This document shows, piece by piece, positions 26,401-36,206 of a stretch of 49,598 nt of DNA. Numbering within the stretch: the stretch's first letter is position 1; each line of letters begins with the position of its first letter. The position numbers and the translations under genes are program-made. The notes under the pieces are model-generated. The model was not told the DNA's origin. It saw nothing but the letters and a program-made list of their open reading frames with translations, and ran no database searches. The DNA comes from a virus (Duplodnaviria; Caudoviricetes): positions 1 through 49,598 of the IMG/VR virus record IMGVR_UViG_3300017716_001243; one strand, 5' to 3'.

Positions 26401-28103
26401 AGAGTACGACGCTCCGCCCCACCAAGACGCGCAAAGGTGTCTGCATAAGGCTCCATCAGAGTCTTCAGCAGATGACTACGAGCACCCCCAGCACGAGCAG
26501 CGAGGTTGGCAAGAGTCACATCACCGACATTACGGGCACCCAGAAGGAACCGCAGAGGACCACTCTGCAGGACATCGATCATGGGCGAGAAGAAGCCGGT
26601 CTCAGAGATAGCCTCTCGGGTCCGGAAGAACCATTGGCCTGACTCGTCTTGAATAGCTTCGCCTTCTAGGGCCTTAGAGCTGCCAAACCTGTTAGCTTGA
26701 CCAGCATTGGCGAAACCACCACCGTCGGCACGACCCATAGTAAAGGCAATATTCTTTGTCTCACGGCCACCGGCCAGCTGCACAGATTCAATCTGCACAT
26801 CCTTGACCTCTCGTCCAAATTGACTCTCGAGGCGCGTCTGGATAGTCCGTTGGGCAGCCGCCAATTCATCAGCACTAAGGCGGGCCGAGGCTTCCAGATC
26901 AACGTGTTGAGCCAGCAACTCTTGACCACGACGACCACGAGCCAGTGACGAATTGACATCAACAGCAATAGGAACCGAGGAGGCAACGCCCTCCGGGGCA
27001 ATAGCCGAGACCTGCAGGTTGTTGGCCAGTTGCTCCGGGGTCATACCATTACGGGCAGCCGACTCCGCGCCCTCTGTCAGAGCGAGACGAAGAGCGTCAA
27101 CATTGAGATCAACAGCAGCACTACGAGCACCGCCACGGATAAGTGACGAAGTCAAGTTGCCAGCCAGCTTGAAACCCTTAGTCCACGGCACAAAACCGCC
27201 AAGATCAAGAGCACCCCAAGCGTTAGTTTCGAACTCGCTTGGGGTCCTGTCGATGAGACTAGTCATCAGTTCAAGCTGCTCGGTGTTGTTGGTATATCCA
27301 AACAGCGTAGCGTTTTCGCGCAGGTTTTCGAGGAAAGGTCCCTGAAGGAACTCCGCCATTTCTGCAGGGCTCATATCGTAGAGAGCCTCAGACTCACTGC
27401 GGAGACGTTGACCCGAGAACAAGCTGTCGTACCAACGTTGAGTCACGTCAGCAGTATCCACGTTGCCCGTGCGGCTCGCACCGTAGAGAGGGACAATCGC
27501 CATAGCAAAGTCAGCCAAATGGCGCATCCAGCTTTGCTCTTCGACAGTGAATTGCTGACGCTCTAGGGCAGCCATTAGCATCTGTTGCTTGGCTTGGTAG
27601 TCGGCCACAACATCAAGAGCCCCGCCGCGATCAAGGTTCATCAAGTAGATGCGGGCCTCGGCAGTGCGGCCAGTAGCGGCTAGGTCTTGGATACGTCGAA
27701 CAGCTCGCTGCTCAAGCGCGTAGTTTGCCTCTTCTTCTGCCTGCAGGTCCAGCGTCTGAGTATAGGCCAGCAGAGCGCCTTGGCGAAGTTCGTCATCGTC
27801 TCCACCGACGTTCTCACGCAGAAGGTCTTCGTAAGCAGCAGCACGGTCCTCAAGACGCTCATTGGCAATCTGCACTCGAGCAGCCCTGTCCCCCATCAAC
27901 TCCATCGAGTTGCGGTACATCTGCGTGGTCTCACGCAGGGCTTGGATGGTCGTACCCTCTTGATCGGGACGGGGCCGGGCAGCCAGAGCCGCCAATTCAG
28001 CAGTTCGCTGGGCCGCTTCGGGGGACATGACTCCGGGAACTTCCGCTTCAATCCCTACCTGCGAAAAGGGGTCCGGTGCTGTAGGCTCTTCAAAAAGATT
28101 CAT
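23472..28103 (-). CDS. Large internal virion (ejectosome) protein
   Basis: 1543 aa; position after the tail nozzle. Confidence 0.75.
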   Translation of the reverse strand: MNLFEEPTAPDPFSQVGIEAEVPGVMSPEAAQRTAELAALAARPRPDQEGTTIQALRETTQMYRNSMELMGDRAARVQIANERLEDRAAAYEDLLRENVGGDDDELRQGALLAYTQTLDLQAEEEANYALEQRAVRRIQDLAATGRTAEARIYLMNLDRGGALDVVADYQAKQQMLMAALERQQFTVEEQSWMRHLADFAMAIVPLYGASRTGNVDTADVTQRWYDSLFSGQRLRSESEALYDMSPAEMAEFLQGPFLENLRENATLFGYTNNTEQLELMTSLIDRTPSEFETNAWGALDLGGFVPWTKGFKLAGNLTSSLIRGGARSAAVDLNVDALRLALTEGAESAARNGMTPEQLANNLQVSAIAPEGVASSVPIAVDVNSSLARGRRGQELLAQHVDLEASARLSADELAAAQRTIQTRLESQFGREVKDVQIESVQLAGGRETKNIAFTMGRADGGGFANAGQANRFGSSKALEGEAIQDESGQWFFRTREAISETGFFSPMIDVLQSGPLRFLLGARNVGDVTLANLAARAGGARSHLLKTLMEPYADTFARLGGAERRTLAQVSQAGDILGQWFNPDEFEIMYQRLAKRSPSELERKAYKAMEDINDMEFALRQDDAYITRHNRGFKTVSFDTGRGTVPRANAIVDRELRDKPPVSRIFNVSTGKHYESGELPPQVWARLKGQGYQLISLEAPLRMSDGTTVKNFLVKGNDLHVEDLRRDQIAYRAGGHRMYEGKYFVRQTVWGKQMDTGKEFLENPNTYIVAKTRAEAKYWASRMEAARLAYLNDPSDLGVIDDIFGGEAGFPSAKEFAARFDDPDMAYQRNVPFEVHYDRELPSEYSNVGNNLEFVDMEEGGLNGFLRTTGRMYTGRKGEALPDFMGRRATLLDPYETINQSLMNIASLTSFGDYKVTAVERWMKKFADYIDTTSVPDDWNSIRTFLDAPLKSGNAHLNKMRSEALAQREIIMRTLGWKTPNDLAAEQWSRRLSEMVLGDKIDGVVPSVRRLASGVDWMADKDPVSALKGFVFDLKMGFGNFAQFPLQLGTAVAATTLSPKLGMQGWSLIMPMRFALGGKSLSKEAFEARVDELIKRGVHTTGGFTDPAEFKQFVRSAARSGFFDLNGSHAVIDHLGAHATMDGFATGANKIVEAGRFFFNEAERWNRMIAWRIAWDEAKGAGHKIGSAEFAAVLAGRSDDFAMNMTRESRAWWQKGVLSIPTQFWAYNARMIEAMMPRSWGGSNFTRAQKMRLALFQTLFYGTSGVPLAGAVTSYFKTEDPSLVMEGGALDLSRNPADSPFAVLDRGIVDQLVYSFTGADVMVGKRFGTGGWVADTVKNIMGMSSYGEVTPADMIGGASFNILGKVGTDVLRPIAEYMRAESGDRSMAVRGEALIRLASNISSMGNLYNAYLVHQYGTLRSGSGATQVSDLPSQVAFATALGISPAEMETAQVITQFRAKRSQQIKELSQQFTNYRLDLRNRPDQRETIMEEINLLARMSPPDILREALERVQADTPDSYYAGLVEYYENYQLETETNGETD

Positions 28104-28516
28104 TAACCACCACCTGCAGCACGAGCACCAGCGTTCTGGGCGTTACTGATAAATTGTGAGACAGCCGCGTAACCGCGCTGCTTAGAGTCATAACGAGCGG
28201 CGTTGCCGAGAGCCTTAGAGGCTTGGTCGGAGAAGAAGCCGTATTGGTCGAGGAAGCTGACATTGTCCGCCGCCTGTGCCGCAATAGAACTCAAGCCGCC
28301 CTGCGACCCGGACGAAGCCGAGACACCTTGGTTGGCAGCCGCATTCTGGGCCGTACCATAAGCCATACGAGCTTCACGGACAGCGTCACGCTTGGCTCGT
28401 GCATTCTGCAGGTTGACTTGCTTCTGTTGGAATTCAGCAGCTTTACGCTGTTCTGCCGCAGATTTCTCTCCGGCTTTATAAGCTTTGCGCTGGAAAAAAC
28501 CGTTAATGGCTGACAT
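28103..28516 (-). CDS. Small internal virion protein (T7 gp14-like)
   Basis: Ala/Gln/Ser-rich; position. Confidence 0.65.
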   Translation of the reverse strand: MSAINGFFQRKAYKAGEKSAAEQRKAAEFQQKQVNLQNARAKRDAVREARMAYGTAQNAAANQGVSASSGSQGGLSSIAAQAADNVSFLDQYGFFSDQASKALGNAARYDSKQRGYAAVSQFISNAQNAGARAAGGG

Positions 28517-28989
28517 TAAAGAGCTTTCAAGTAATGGACTTCTAGTGGCGAATAGCCATTGCGAGTGAGGTTATTGGCAAGACGCGAGGCGCTCTCATCG
28601 TTGAGGGTGGACATCTCGACAGCCGAGGCTCCGTTGTCCTTGCCCCATTGTTCGAACGCTTCACGCAGATAAAGACCGCCCTCATCGGGGGCCCACCACG
28701 CGATCTCTGTTGCGACCAGCACGTGCGGCGCAAAGAAGAGAGGTGTGAGGGCCCCCGCGATAAAGCCGTGTTCACTCAGGATTATGCAGCCTGTAGCCAT
28801 GAGTTCTCGGATGAGTACCCGGACAGATTCATCGTCGAACTGAACACTGCGATATGGGCTTGCGGCGAAGAACGCCCTAGACATTTCCAGAATACGCTCT
28901 TCGTCGGCAGCTGTAGCAAATCTAGTCTTCGGTGTTTCCTTCGAAGGGGACAGACCATCCGAGGAGATCAAAGTCTTTTCCAATTTCAT
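28516..28989 (-). CDS. GNAT-fold virion assembly protein (T7 gp13-like position)
   Basis: RFAT..D, EIAWW, AFEQW, RNGY; start uncertain. Confidence 0.65.
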   Translation of the reverse strand: MKLEKTLISSDGLSPSKETPKTRFATAADEERILEMSRAFFAASPYRSVQFDDESVRVLIRELMATGCIILSEHGFIAGALTPLFFAPHVLVATEIAWWAPDEGGLYLREAFEQWGKDNGASAVEMSTLNDESASRLANNLTRNGYSPLEVHYLKAL

Positions 28990-31105
28990 CGCTTTCAAAT
29001 CTAAATTGAATCGCCTTACCCGAGCCGCGCACCTTATTCTTGGAGACGACAATAGGAAAGCCGGTATCAAAAGTTAGGTCATCATCAGAAAATTGGGGCT
29101 GACGGCGATGCCGATAAACCTGAATTTTGCTAGACCATTTGTTAGAGTTAGACGTACTAGCCCAATCCCACTTCACTTGGAAGTAGCAGCTTGAGGGCTT
29201 GTCTACAGTATAGTCGTCACCATCGGCCACGTAGTTCTCTTCGGTGCGCCTCAGATAGCAGAACACATGGGGTGCCTGCTTCTTTCTCATCGCATCTTCG
29301 AGCAGCTCGTAGCCGGTCTCGACGAAGCTCATGTAAGCCGTGCCAACACCGTCGTAGGCGTACCAGTCAGCAAACTCGGAACTCTTGAAGTAGCCGAAGG
29401 TGAACTTGTAGTTACCGCTGACGGGAACAGCGCACAGATACTTGATGAAGGAGCTACGAATGGACTCTTGGTCAGTCAACTCATTCAGAGTCAAGGTGAT
29501 AAAGATATCGCTGATATAGGGTCCGGCAGTTTCCACGGTCCACGGGTAGAAGGCCCCCAAGGTCATGTCGAAAGTGAGGACACGATCATACATGTAGTCG
29601 CTGGGGGTGGTACCCGAACGGAACAGCCACTGGACAGAGTTGGTGGCCGGGTCGTAGACGCCCTTAGCGTACCGCTTCGAGGCTTCCGGGATATCGTGGG
29701 TATAGAAAGATTGAATAGTTTGCTCAGAGACGTTGGTGCGATCAAATGCGCCTTCGACAGGACCGAACATCCCAGACTTCTGAGACATACCGATGATACC
29801 GACGCGGGACCACCAGAAGATTTGACCCTCGGCCTCCACGATGGAGTCGGGTGAATCCGTACCGATTGGGTTAACCTTCGAGACGCTGATATCGGTTGCC
29901 GTGAAGCCCGCCTGCGTCCCGCTGATGTACCAGATACCGTTAGTGCCGAAGACCAGAATACCTGAGCCCATGGGGACCAGCTTGACGGCCTTAGCCATTT
30001 CTGGAATCGGGATGACACCACCATCAGAAGCAATCAGGTCACTGATGTCCTCAGCGGTCGGGTCGGCCTCTTGATAGCAGAAACCGGCCTTTGCTTTGTC
30101 ATCCATTACCTGACTGAAATAGACAGTTGAGTTACAGGCGTACCAGACGCGGCCAGCAAAGAAGGACACCGTGGGCGGTCGGTCCGTGGTGGCGTCCACA
30201 GGGATGTTCGAGACACCCGAGATGGCCGTACGGTCCGTATAGAAGGCGTCGACAACGAAGTGGCCTCGGATCGTGCGGGTCGTTCCGGTGAAGAACTTGC
30301 CCAGCAGCACGGGGTCGAAGTCGTTAGTCGTTGCATCTTTGGCTACCCACCATGCCTTGTTGTTGGCCGGGTATTTACCGAACTGCGTGAAGTAGGCAGT
30401 GATGACGGCAGTGGTCGGGCCGTTGTAGGTGTCTTGACCACCGAAAGAGTCGAAGTACTGGACAGAGCTACCGGAGCCACTGTTGCGGGGGTCCAGCCAG
30501 CCTTGGTTCATAAGATTGTACTTATGAAGGTCGGTCAGCGTCGAAGGCTCTTCATCGTTGGCCAGACCGTCGTTGACACCTTGGAAGTCCCGCATCTGAA
30601 TGTAGATACGTTGCGTGGCAATGGTATCCGTGTCGGCATCGTACTCGATCAGGAACGGCTCAAGCTTTTCACCAACGACAAACAGATAACCCTTACCGCC
30701 GACCATGGAGACCTCACTGAGGTCGAGGTCAGTCTGGTTGGGGGCCCCGAAGTCATTAAGGTCCACGGAAAACGACTTTAGCCCACTGGAAAGCGGGCTT
30801 TGGCTCAGATCGTAGAAGTAAATCGACGTTCCGATGCGATGCACGAGGAAGTTAACCGTGGCATCGTTATTGACAGATTCCCAGCGATAGGTGCGGGTGC
30901 TGTAGGTGGCGGGGCTGCTATAGACGCTGAGTGCGTAGTCGTCCTCAAAGTCCATGCCGAGACGACGGCTGCGATTACCCTTGCGGAAGATTACGCAGTT
31001 GTCCTCATCGATGGAAGCGTCAGGCGGATACGTGAGAGCCCCGGCCTCAGTGATGAGACCTTTGACGAAGGTTCGATATAGGCGGTTAGTCTTAGCTCTT
31101 GCCAT
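28922..31105 (-). CDS. Tail nozzle (tail tubular protein B)
   Basis: 727 aa beta-rich, FFAGRVWY; position. Confidence 0.8.
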   Translation of the reverse strand: MARAKTNRLYRTFVKGLITEAGALTYPPDASIDEDNCVIFRKGNRSRRLGMDFEDDYALSVYSSPATYSTRTYRWESVNNDATVNFLVHRIGTSIYFYDLSQSPLSSGLKSFSVDLNDFGAPNQTDLDLSEVSMVGGKGYLFVVGEKLEPFLIEYDADTDTIATQRIYIQMRDFQGVNDGLANDEEPSTLTDLHKYNLMNQGWLDPRNSGSGSSVQYFDSFGGQDTYNGPTTAVITAYFTQFGKYPANNKAWWVAKDATTNDFDPVLLGKFFTGTTRTIRGHFVVDAFYTDRTAISGVSNIPVDATTDRPPTVSFFAGRVWYACNSTVYFSQVMDDKAKAGFCYQEADPTAEDISDLIASDGGVIPIPEMAKAVKLVPMGSGILVFGTNGIWYISGTQAGFTATDISVSKVNPIGTDSPDSIVEAEGQIFWWSRVGIIGMSQKSGMFGPVEGAFDRTNVSEQTIQSFYTHDIPEASKRYAKGVYDPATNSVQWLFRSGTTPSDYMYDRVLTFDMTLGAFYPWTVETAGPYISDIFITLTLNELTDQESIRSSFIKYLCAVPVSGNYKFTFGYFKSSEFADWYAYDGVGTAYMSFVETGYELLEDAMRKKQAPHVFCYLRRTEENYVADGDDYTVDKPSSCYFQVKWDWASTSNSNKWSSKIQVYRHRRQPQFSDDDLTFDTGFPIVVSKNKVRGSGKAIQFRFESDEIGKDFDLLGWSVPFEGNTED

Positions 31106-31379
31106 GGAACTCCTTGCCGGGGTAGATGGCTTTGCCCCACTTGTCTTTAGATTTTAGAAAATTGATTAGCCGGTCTTCGCAGAGTCGAAATGACGTAAAG
31201 GAGCCTCTAAGGTTTCTGGGAAGAGGTCCCCTTGGCCAGCGATGGATGCTGAAGGTGGGTCCAGCCTGCTTGATGCGATATTCTTGGCGTCCACTCGAGA
31301 CATACACAGCCTCGTTAGAGACGCATCGTAGGGCTCTGGGGTGTACCCCTTCGGCAATGAGATCATCTCTTACGCCCAT
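31092..31379 (-). CDS. Hypothetical protein
   Basis: GPLPRNLRGSFTS motif; start estimated. Confidence 0.55.
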   Translation of the reverse strand: MGVRDDLIAEGVHPRALRCVSNEAVYVSSGRQEYRIKQAGPTFSIHRWPRGPLPRNLRGSFTSFRLCEDRLINFLKSKDKWGKAIYPGKEFHGKS

Positions 31380-32076
31380 AATCGGGAAGCCTATCAATAG
31401 GTCGAACCGTGCCAGCCTTGAACCGGCTGTTCATGTTGACGACCTTCTGGTTGCGAGCGCGGCGCTCTTCGGTGCTATTGGAGACCTGCTTGAAGTTGAC
31501 GAAACAGGCGGCTTTAGCCTCGGCCAGAAGTCGCGGGAACATGTCCAGCGGCAGCAGAGGGACAAAGTTGTCGACCATCTCAAACGCCAGCGACCGTTGA
31601 CCCCAGCACAGCGTCTTGCTTTGCATGAGGGTGGATTCGGTCGCACTGTCCCAAGCATCAAAGACAAGCGTATCGTCATCGAAGCTGGTATAGTATACAG
31701 GGTCTCGGTCATTAAAGATGGCGAGACTTTCAATAGTCGTTACTTCATCACCGTCACCGCGCTGGGCCACGTAGTTGATGAAGTCGAGAGGCGTCTTGTA
31801 CGTGACGGTCTCGCCGTTATAGCGTACCCACTCAACGCGCTCCACATCGCTGGGAACGGTCATGTAGTTCGGCAGATCGACATCACCGCTGGCGTCCAGC
31901 TTAATGATACCTGCACGACCCGGGATATCCAAGCCGACCGTAATGTACTCATAGGTCTCACGGATGACCTCGGCCACCTGCAGAGACTCGACAGTGTCCC
32001 CGATGGAGTTGACCTCATCAGAGTCCATCGCACTCAGGATATTCTGAGTCATGTCGAGCAATGTTTTCTTAGCCAT
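31363..32076 (-). CDS. Tail adaptor (tail tubular protein A)
   Basis: TLLDMTQNILSAMDSDEVNSI.DT.ES.QVA N-terminus. Confidence 0.8.
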   Translation of the reverse strand: MAKKTLLDMTQNILSAMDSDEVNSIGDTVESLQVAEVIRETYEYITVGLDIPGRAGIIKLDASGDVDLPNYMTVPSDVERVEWVRYNGETVTYKTPLDFINYVAQRGDGDEVTTIESLAIFNDRDPVYYTSFDDDTLVFDAWDSATESTLMQSKTLCWGQRSLAFEMVDNFVPLLPLDMFPRLLAEAKAACFVNFKQVSNSTEERRARNQKVVNMNSRFKAGTVRPIDRLPDYGRKR

Positions 32077-32423
32077 TAGAAGGTTTCCATAGTTACTTCG
32101 ACCGTATTCGAATCAACAGCGACAGCGGCGGCATCTGTTACAACGCATTTGTACACGGCCGAGTAAGAGGCCCCAGCAGTCCCGAGATAGGCCGAGAATA
32201 GCGTTGAGCTAGATGTACCATTAATAGGGCCGACTTGAGTATCACCAGAGACCCGGGTCCAAAGATACGTGTAGGGAGCGACACCGCCAATAACAGTAAC
32301 CACGCCCGCTTGAGAGCTGACAACCGTACCAGCACCTACCTTGAATCCGGCTAGAACGGTAGGGCTCACGGTAGCCCCTAGGGCTGGCCTGCCGGTAGAA
32401 AGTACAGCTAGGGCCCCGCTCAT
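32076..32423 (-). CDS. Ig-like virion protein
   Basis: GGVAPYTYLW...YKCVVTD. Confidence 0.65.
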   Translation of the reverse strand: MSGALAVLSTGRPALGATVSPTVLAGFKVGAGTVVSSQAGVVTVIGGVAPYTYLWTRVSGDTQVGPINGTSSSTLFSAYLGTAGASYSAVYKCVVTDAAAVAVDSNTVEVTMETF

Positions 32424-33355
32424 TAGGTGATCCCGGTGCCGGAAACGTACCAGCTGTTGGTGTCAAGCTTCAGCAGAGAGGCGATGCCATGTTGGGCCAG
32501 AGTCTTGTTGCCGTCCGTCGAGCTGCCGCCGATGCGGAGAGCTACGCCAGAACCACGAGCAAGAGTGACCGCACCAGAGCCAATATTCGCGACTACGATT
32601 ACGGTGCCCGACGGATAAGCCACGTCGGCATTCGGCGGAATAGTCCACGTATGCGCAGAGGCTGAAGTGTGCAGAACGGTCTTACCCGAATCTTGAAGGA
32701 CAAGGGTATAGGTGGCGTCTTGGGTGTTTAGTGGGGCACCACGGAAGCCGATGCTGTCCGAGTTCAGGGTCGTAGCCGTAGCCGTCAGACGATAGTCGAC
32801 AGTGCCACTCAGAGTAGCCCCAGCAGACATGGATACTAGAGCCGTGGTGGCCAAAGTGCCCGAGAAGGTGAGGTTACCGTTCAGGAGACCTAGGGTGGCC
32901 CCAGAGGTGCCCGTAGCAACTACAGCGGCAGAGCCCAGCCCGAGGTTGGTTCGGGCCGTAGCAGCGCTGGCTACGTCGCTGAGGTTGTTGGTGGATAGAA
33001 GATCGCCGAGGCCGGAAATCTGAGCCGGAGTCTTCCAGTTCAGGACCGAGCCGTCATTGGACATGATCTTACCCGAGTTACCTGTCAGTGACGGAACAAG
33101 GGTGGCATCGACAGACAGAGCCGAAGCAATGTCAGAATAGCGGGCCGCATCAGAACCGCTCACGGGGGCCGCGAGGTTAATGATACGGTTGGAGTTCATG
33201 TCAAGCGGCACGCCCATGGTGTTGGGGGTGGTGCCGTCGCGGCTTAGGGTGTTCTCGAGGGCCGTCTCAATTGCAGCCGCGTTCGCATTCAGAGTTTGAA
33301 TGGCGCTGGCCTCAGATTGCAGACTAGCAATGTCGTCTAGAACTAGCTTGGCCAT
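32423..33355 (-). CDS. Short tail fibre
   Basis: NTLSRDGTTPN anchor, NNLSD..SAATARTNLGLG, YTLVLQDSGK tip. Confidence 0.8.
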   Translation of the reverse strand: MAKLVLDDIASLQSEASAIQTLNANAAAIETALENTLSRDGTTPNTMGVPLDMNSNRIINLAAPVSGSDAARYSDIASALSVDATLVPSLTGNSGKIMSNDGSVLNWKTPAQISGLGDLLSTNNLSDVASAATARTNLGLGSAAVVATGTSGATLGLLNGNLTFSGTLATTALVSMSAGATLSGTVDYRLTATATTLNSDSIGFRGAPLNTQDATYTLVLQDSGKTVLHTSASAHTWTIPPNADVAYPSGTVIVVANIGSGAVTLARGSGVALRIGGSSTDGNKTLAQHGIASLLKLDTNSWYVSGTGIT

Positions 33356-33597
33356 GTGACTACCTTAGTTAGAATACCTATGATGAACGAAATAGCACCG
33401 GCAGCACCGAGTTGCAACATTCGCCAATCTTTGAGTTGCGCGACATCTTTACGAAGTGCCGCGATTTCGATATCTTGTGACGCCTCCTTCAGATCAAGTT
33501 TGGAATTAATTGCGGCGAGTTGCGCCTCGATATGTCCCAGCTTGTACATAATCCCCGGGCTGTTCTCGTAGTGTGTGATTTCCTGTGCGATGTCCAT
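33343..33597 (-). CDS. Small coiled-coil protein with C-terminal transmembrane helix
   Basis: Heptad region followed by a hydrophobic C-terminus. Confidence 0.6.
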   Translation of the reverse strand: MDIAQEITHYENSPGIMYKLGHIEAQLAAINSKLDLKEASQDIEIAALRKDVAQLKDWRMLQLGAAGAISFIIGILTKVVTWPS

Positions 33598-33609
33598 GTC
33601 GTTACCAAC

Positions 33610-33639
33610 AAAAAGGGGGCCACCTCATGGCAGCCCCCT
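33610..33639 (-). terminator. Rho-independent terminator after the capsid genes
   Basis: AGGGGGCTGCC-ATGA-GGTGGCCCCC-TTTTT on the minus strand. Confidence 0.85.
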
Positions 33640-33657
33640 AATGTTAATTCCTAGTGA

Positions 33658-34227
33658 TTACGAATCGCCGAGGGGGTCGATGTATTCAATCAGGATGCGA
33701 CCAGTACCAGCGGTAAACGTGCCAGCAGCAGTCAGAGCGAGGTAACCATCAGCGGCACCGATCGAAGCGGTGTCCACGGAGGTGGCGACAAACGCACCGT
33801 TGCCGTAGGTTCGACCACCAATGGTGTTCAGGTTGGCGATGGCACCTTCGGTGGCGGTAATCAGACCGTCAGCATCTTGTGCCGTACCGGTCAGACCAAA
33901 CGTCCCGAGAGCAACCGACGTACCACCAGCCGCAGCAGTCTTGGCCACAATAGTGACCCGCAGAACCGAGGCGTAGGCAGGCAGCGCGCAGTCACCCGTG
34001 GTGAAGCCGTCCACGACACCGTCATTGTCCAGATCGGTCGTATAACCGACGCCATCAGCGCCGAGCTTAGTCAGATCATAGTCAATGACAATCTCTTTGA
34101 TGAGACCGCCTTTGGAGGGCAGCGCACGGGCGCGGTTGACGAAGTTAGCAGGCGTCTTGTAATAATTACCGAACGGGACTTTAAGGCCGTCCGGGTTAGT
34201 CCAAGCGCCCGAGGAAGCGTTAGCCAT
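33658..34227 (-). CDS. Virion structural protein (probable head decoration)
   Basis: Follows the MCP within the same terminated unit; WTNPDGL motif. Confidence 0.65.
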   Translation of the reverse strand: MANASSGAWTNPDGLKVPFGNYYKTPANFVNRARALPSKGGLIKEIVIDYDLTKLGADGVGYTTDLDNDGVVDGFTTGDCALPAYASVLRVTIVAKTAAAGGTSVALGTFGLTGTAQDADGLITATEGAIANLNTIGGRTYGNGAFVATSVDTASIGAADGYLALTAAGTFTAGTGRILIEYIDPLGDS

Positions 34228-34245
34228 GTTTAATGATCCTTTCTA

Positions 34246-35238
34246 TTAGGCGACGATCGACGGGTCAGAAAGAACCGTAACCAGGTTTTCGCGACGATAG
34301 GTCTTCAGGCCATAACGAGCAGTCGTAACATACTCTTCACGCTGGAAGTCCTTGTTGAACTCACCGTCAACCTTCGGCATCTGACGCCATGCACCCATCC
34401 ACGGAAGGATGTCCTGCGTAGCGGAGAAGAAGAGGTTGCAGACCGAAGCGCCCGTCGAGGCCACCGAGTCGATGGTTTCCGAAGCACCGGATTGGTTGGT
34501 ACCCGAAAGAGCCAGTCGGTTCGAGGTATAGACATCGAAGCCGTAGACGTTACGAACAAAGCGCATACCCGAGCCGAGACCCGATTCGATGATGCCTTCC
34601 CAGCGGGGGTTGTTCGACACGTTGGTCAGGTTCGTCAGGGTGTTCAGGACGTACTCGACCGAGGGGTCAACAATGGCGATCAGGTTCTGGTCCGGCACGT
34701 TCGCCTTCTTCAGCGAGTGCAGAGCCCGAGCAAAGTCAGCGACGCCGATAATCTGCTTCGAGTTCGAAGTCGTGCTACCGACGAATCGGTGGGCAGCGCC
34801 GTTAATCGAGTTCAGGTTGGCAACAGTCTGACCGTTCGAGGTACCCGGTTGACCCTGCTTGAGGATGTCAACTTCGACACGCTCTTGGATGGCGCGGGCC
34901 ATCGAGGGGACAAACGAGGCTTCCAGCTTCGCCGAGTAGAACGCGTCTTGACGGTCCTTCTGGGTGATGTAGGTAGCCGAGCTGATGTAGTCGGTGATCG
35001 AGAACTGGAACTCACCGGTATCCAGCGCATTGTACTGGATCGCAGTGTCTTCCACGTAATCGTTCACATCGAGAGTGCCGATCGACGGGATGGTGAACGT
35101 GCTGCCATCAGGGAAGCCGCTCAGCCAGTCGACGTATTTGGTGGCCATCAGTTGATCTTCAAGGATTCGCTTGAGATCACCAGACCAGATTTCGGAACGA
35201 ATCAGGGCGTCCGAATTAGCGGTAGTCATACCAGCCAT
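34246..35238 (-). CDS. Major capsid protein
   Basis: LIRSEIWS, TFTIPSIG, RNVYGFDVYTSN, TARYG; position after the scaffold. Confidence 0.9.
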   Translation of the reverse strand: MAGMTTANSDALIRSEIWSGDLKRILEDQLMATKYVDWLSGFPDGSTFTIPSIGTLDVNDYVEDTAIQYNALDTGEFQFSITDYISSATYITQKDRQDAFYSAKLEASFVPSMARAIQERVEVDILKQGQPGTSNGQTVANLNSINGAAHRFVGSTTSNSKQIIGVADFARALHSLKKANVPDQNLIAIVDPSVEYVLNTLTNLTNVSNNPRWEGIIESGLGSGMRFVRNVYGFDVYTSNRLALSGTNQSGASETIDSVASTGASVCNLFFSATQDILPWMGAWRQMPKVDGEFNKDFQREEYVTTARYGLKTYRRENLVTVLSDPSIVA

Positions 35239-35250
35239 TAAGTCTTATTC

Positions 35251-35949
35251 CTAAGTATAGAAGGCATCCCCTAGACGCTGCGCGTCCTTGAAGCGTGCCT
35301 GTTGAATTTTAGGTTTATAGAAGTTGGTGTCACCGATTTCAAGCCGAAGCTTTTCATAATAGGCGGCAGTCCCTTCCTTTACACCCGGTGCGTGAGTTTG
35401 AAGCGCAACCGGATTAATATCCCCACGAGGGGCCGGGCTTTGCTTCGGCGCAGTTTCGAGCTTCATCAGTTCGTAGAAAGCGTTGGGGCTCTTAGAGGCC
35501 GTCTCTTGCAGGTACGCAATAGAGACGCCAAGTTCCGCAGCACGATCTGCGACCAGTTTGTTAGCTGCATCCGGCGAACCATAGAGTTCGACAAGACGCT
35601 CACCAACAGCTTTTGCATTCGCTTGTGAACGCTCAGCGGCGACACGTTGCTCTTGCGCTTTGATAACACGCTCAACCAGTTCGTCCTCATTAAGAGGCTT
35701 AGCCGGTTCCCTAGACGCTGGTGTGGCTTCTCGGGCTGGGGCAGGGTTGGCGGCTTCGCGGGCCTCCCGCAGTAGACGTTGGGCCTCGATTTCTACATCT
35801 TTAGCTGCCAGAGCATCCCTCGCACCAGCGAGTTCTTCTTGCAGTTGGTTGATGAAGGCGTCTTTATTGGCCAGACGTTCTTGGGTGACTTGGTCCGGGG
35901 TAGGGGTCGCTACGGGATCAGGCGCGGGGGCAATGAATCCATCGGTCAT
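35251..35949 (-). CDS. Scaffolding protein
   Basis: Coiled-coil, lies between portal and MCP. Confidence 0.75.
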   Translation of the reverse strand: MTDGFIAPAPDPVATPTPDQVTQERLANKDAFINQLQEELAGARDALAAKDVEIEAQRLLREAREAANPAPAREATPASREPAKPLNEDELVERVIKAQEQRVAAERSQANAKAVGERLVELYGSPDAANKLVADRAAELGVSIAYLQETASKSPNAFYELMKLETAPKQSPAPRGDINPVALQTHAPGVKEGTAAYYEKLRLEIGDTNFYKPKIQQARFKDAQRLGDAFYT

Positions 35950-35960
35950 GGAAGTATGTT

Positions 35961-36206
35961 CTACCTTTTGTCAAGATTAGTAAGTTGGAGTATTTCGTTG
36001 TATGCACGCAAGTAACCGTTCTGGTCAGCTTGCTTGAAGGCCCAAGAAGGACAATCGTAGTCAGCTTCTTGAGTCTTTACCCCATTCTGAATAGTATTGT
36101 AGCATACTTCTCTTAGAATGTCAAGTAGTTTTTGAGAATTTACTACAATATTTTTAACTTCTTCTTGTTCAGCCTTGGGGCGATGCTGGTACCATCGGGT
36201 TTGCAT
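35961..36206 (-). CDS. Small protein downstream of the portal
   Basis: DYDCPSWAFKQADQNGYLRA motif. Confidence 0.7.
   Translation of the reverse strand: MQTRWYQHRPKAEQEEVKNIVVNSQKLLDILREVCYNTIQNGVKTQEADYDCPSWAFKQADQNGYLRAYNEILQLTNLDKR
36096..36124 (-). promoter_or_regulatory. Intragenic sigma70 promoter for scaffold/capsid genes
   Basis: TTGACA-17 nt-TACAAT with extended TG. Confidence 0.75.

Noticed and set aside
31126-32079. Long antisense ORFs (also 34492-35241, 1826-2482, 3289-4086, 47377-48075)
   Set aside because: Shadows of real genes caused by GC-rich codon bias; no motifs or RBS
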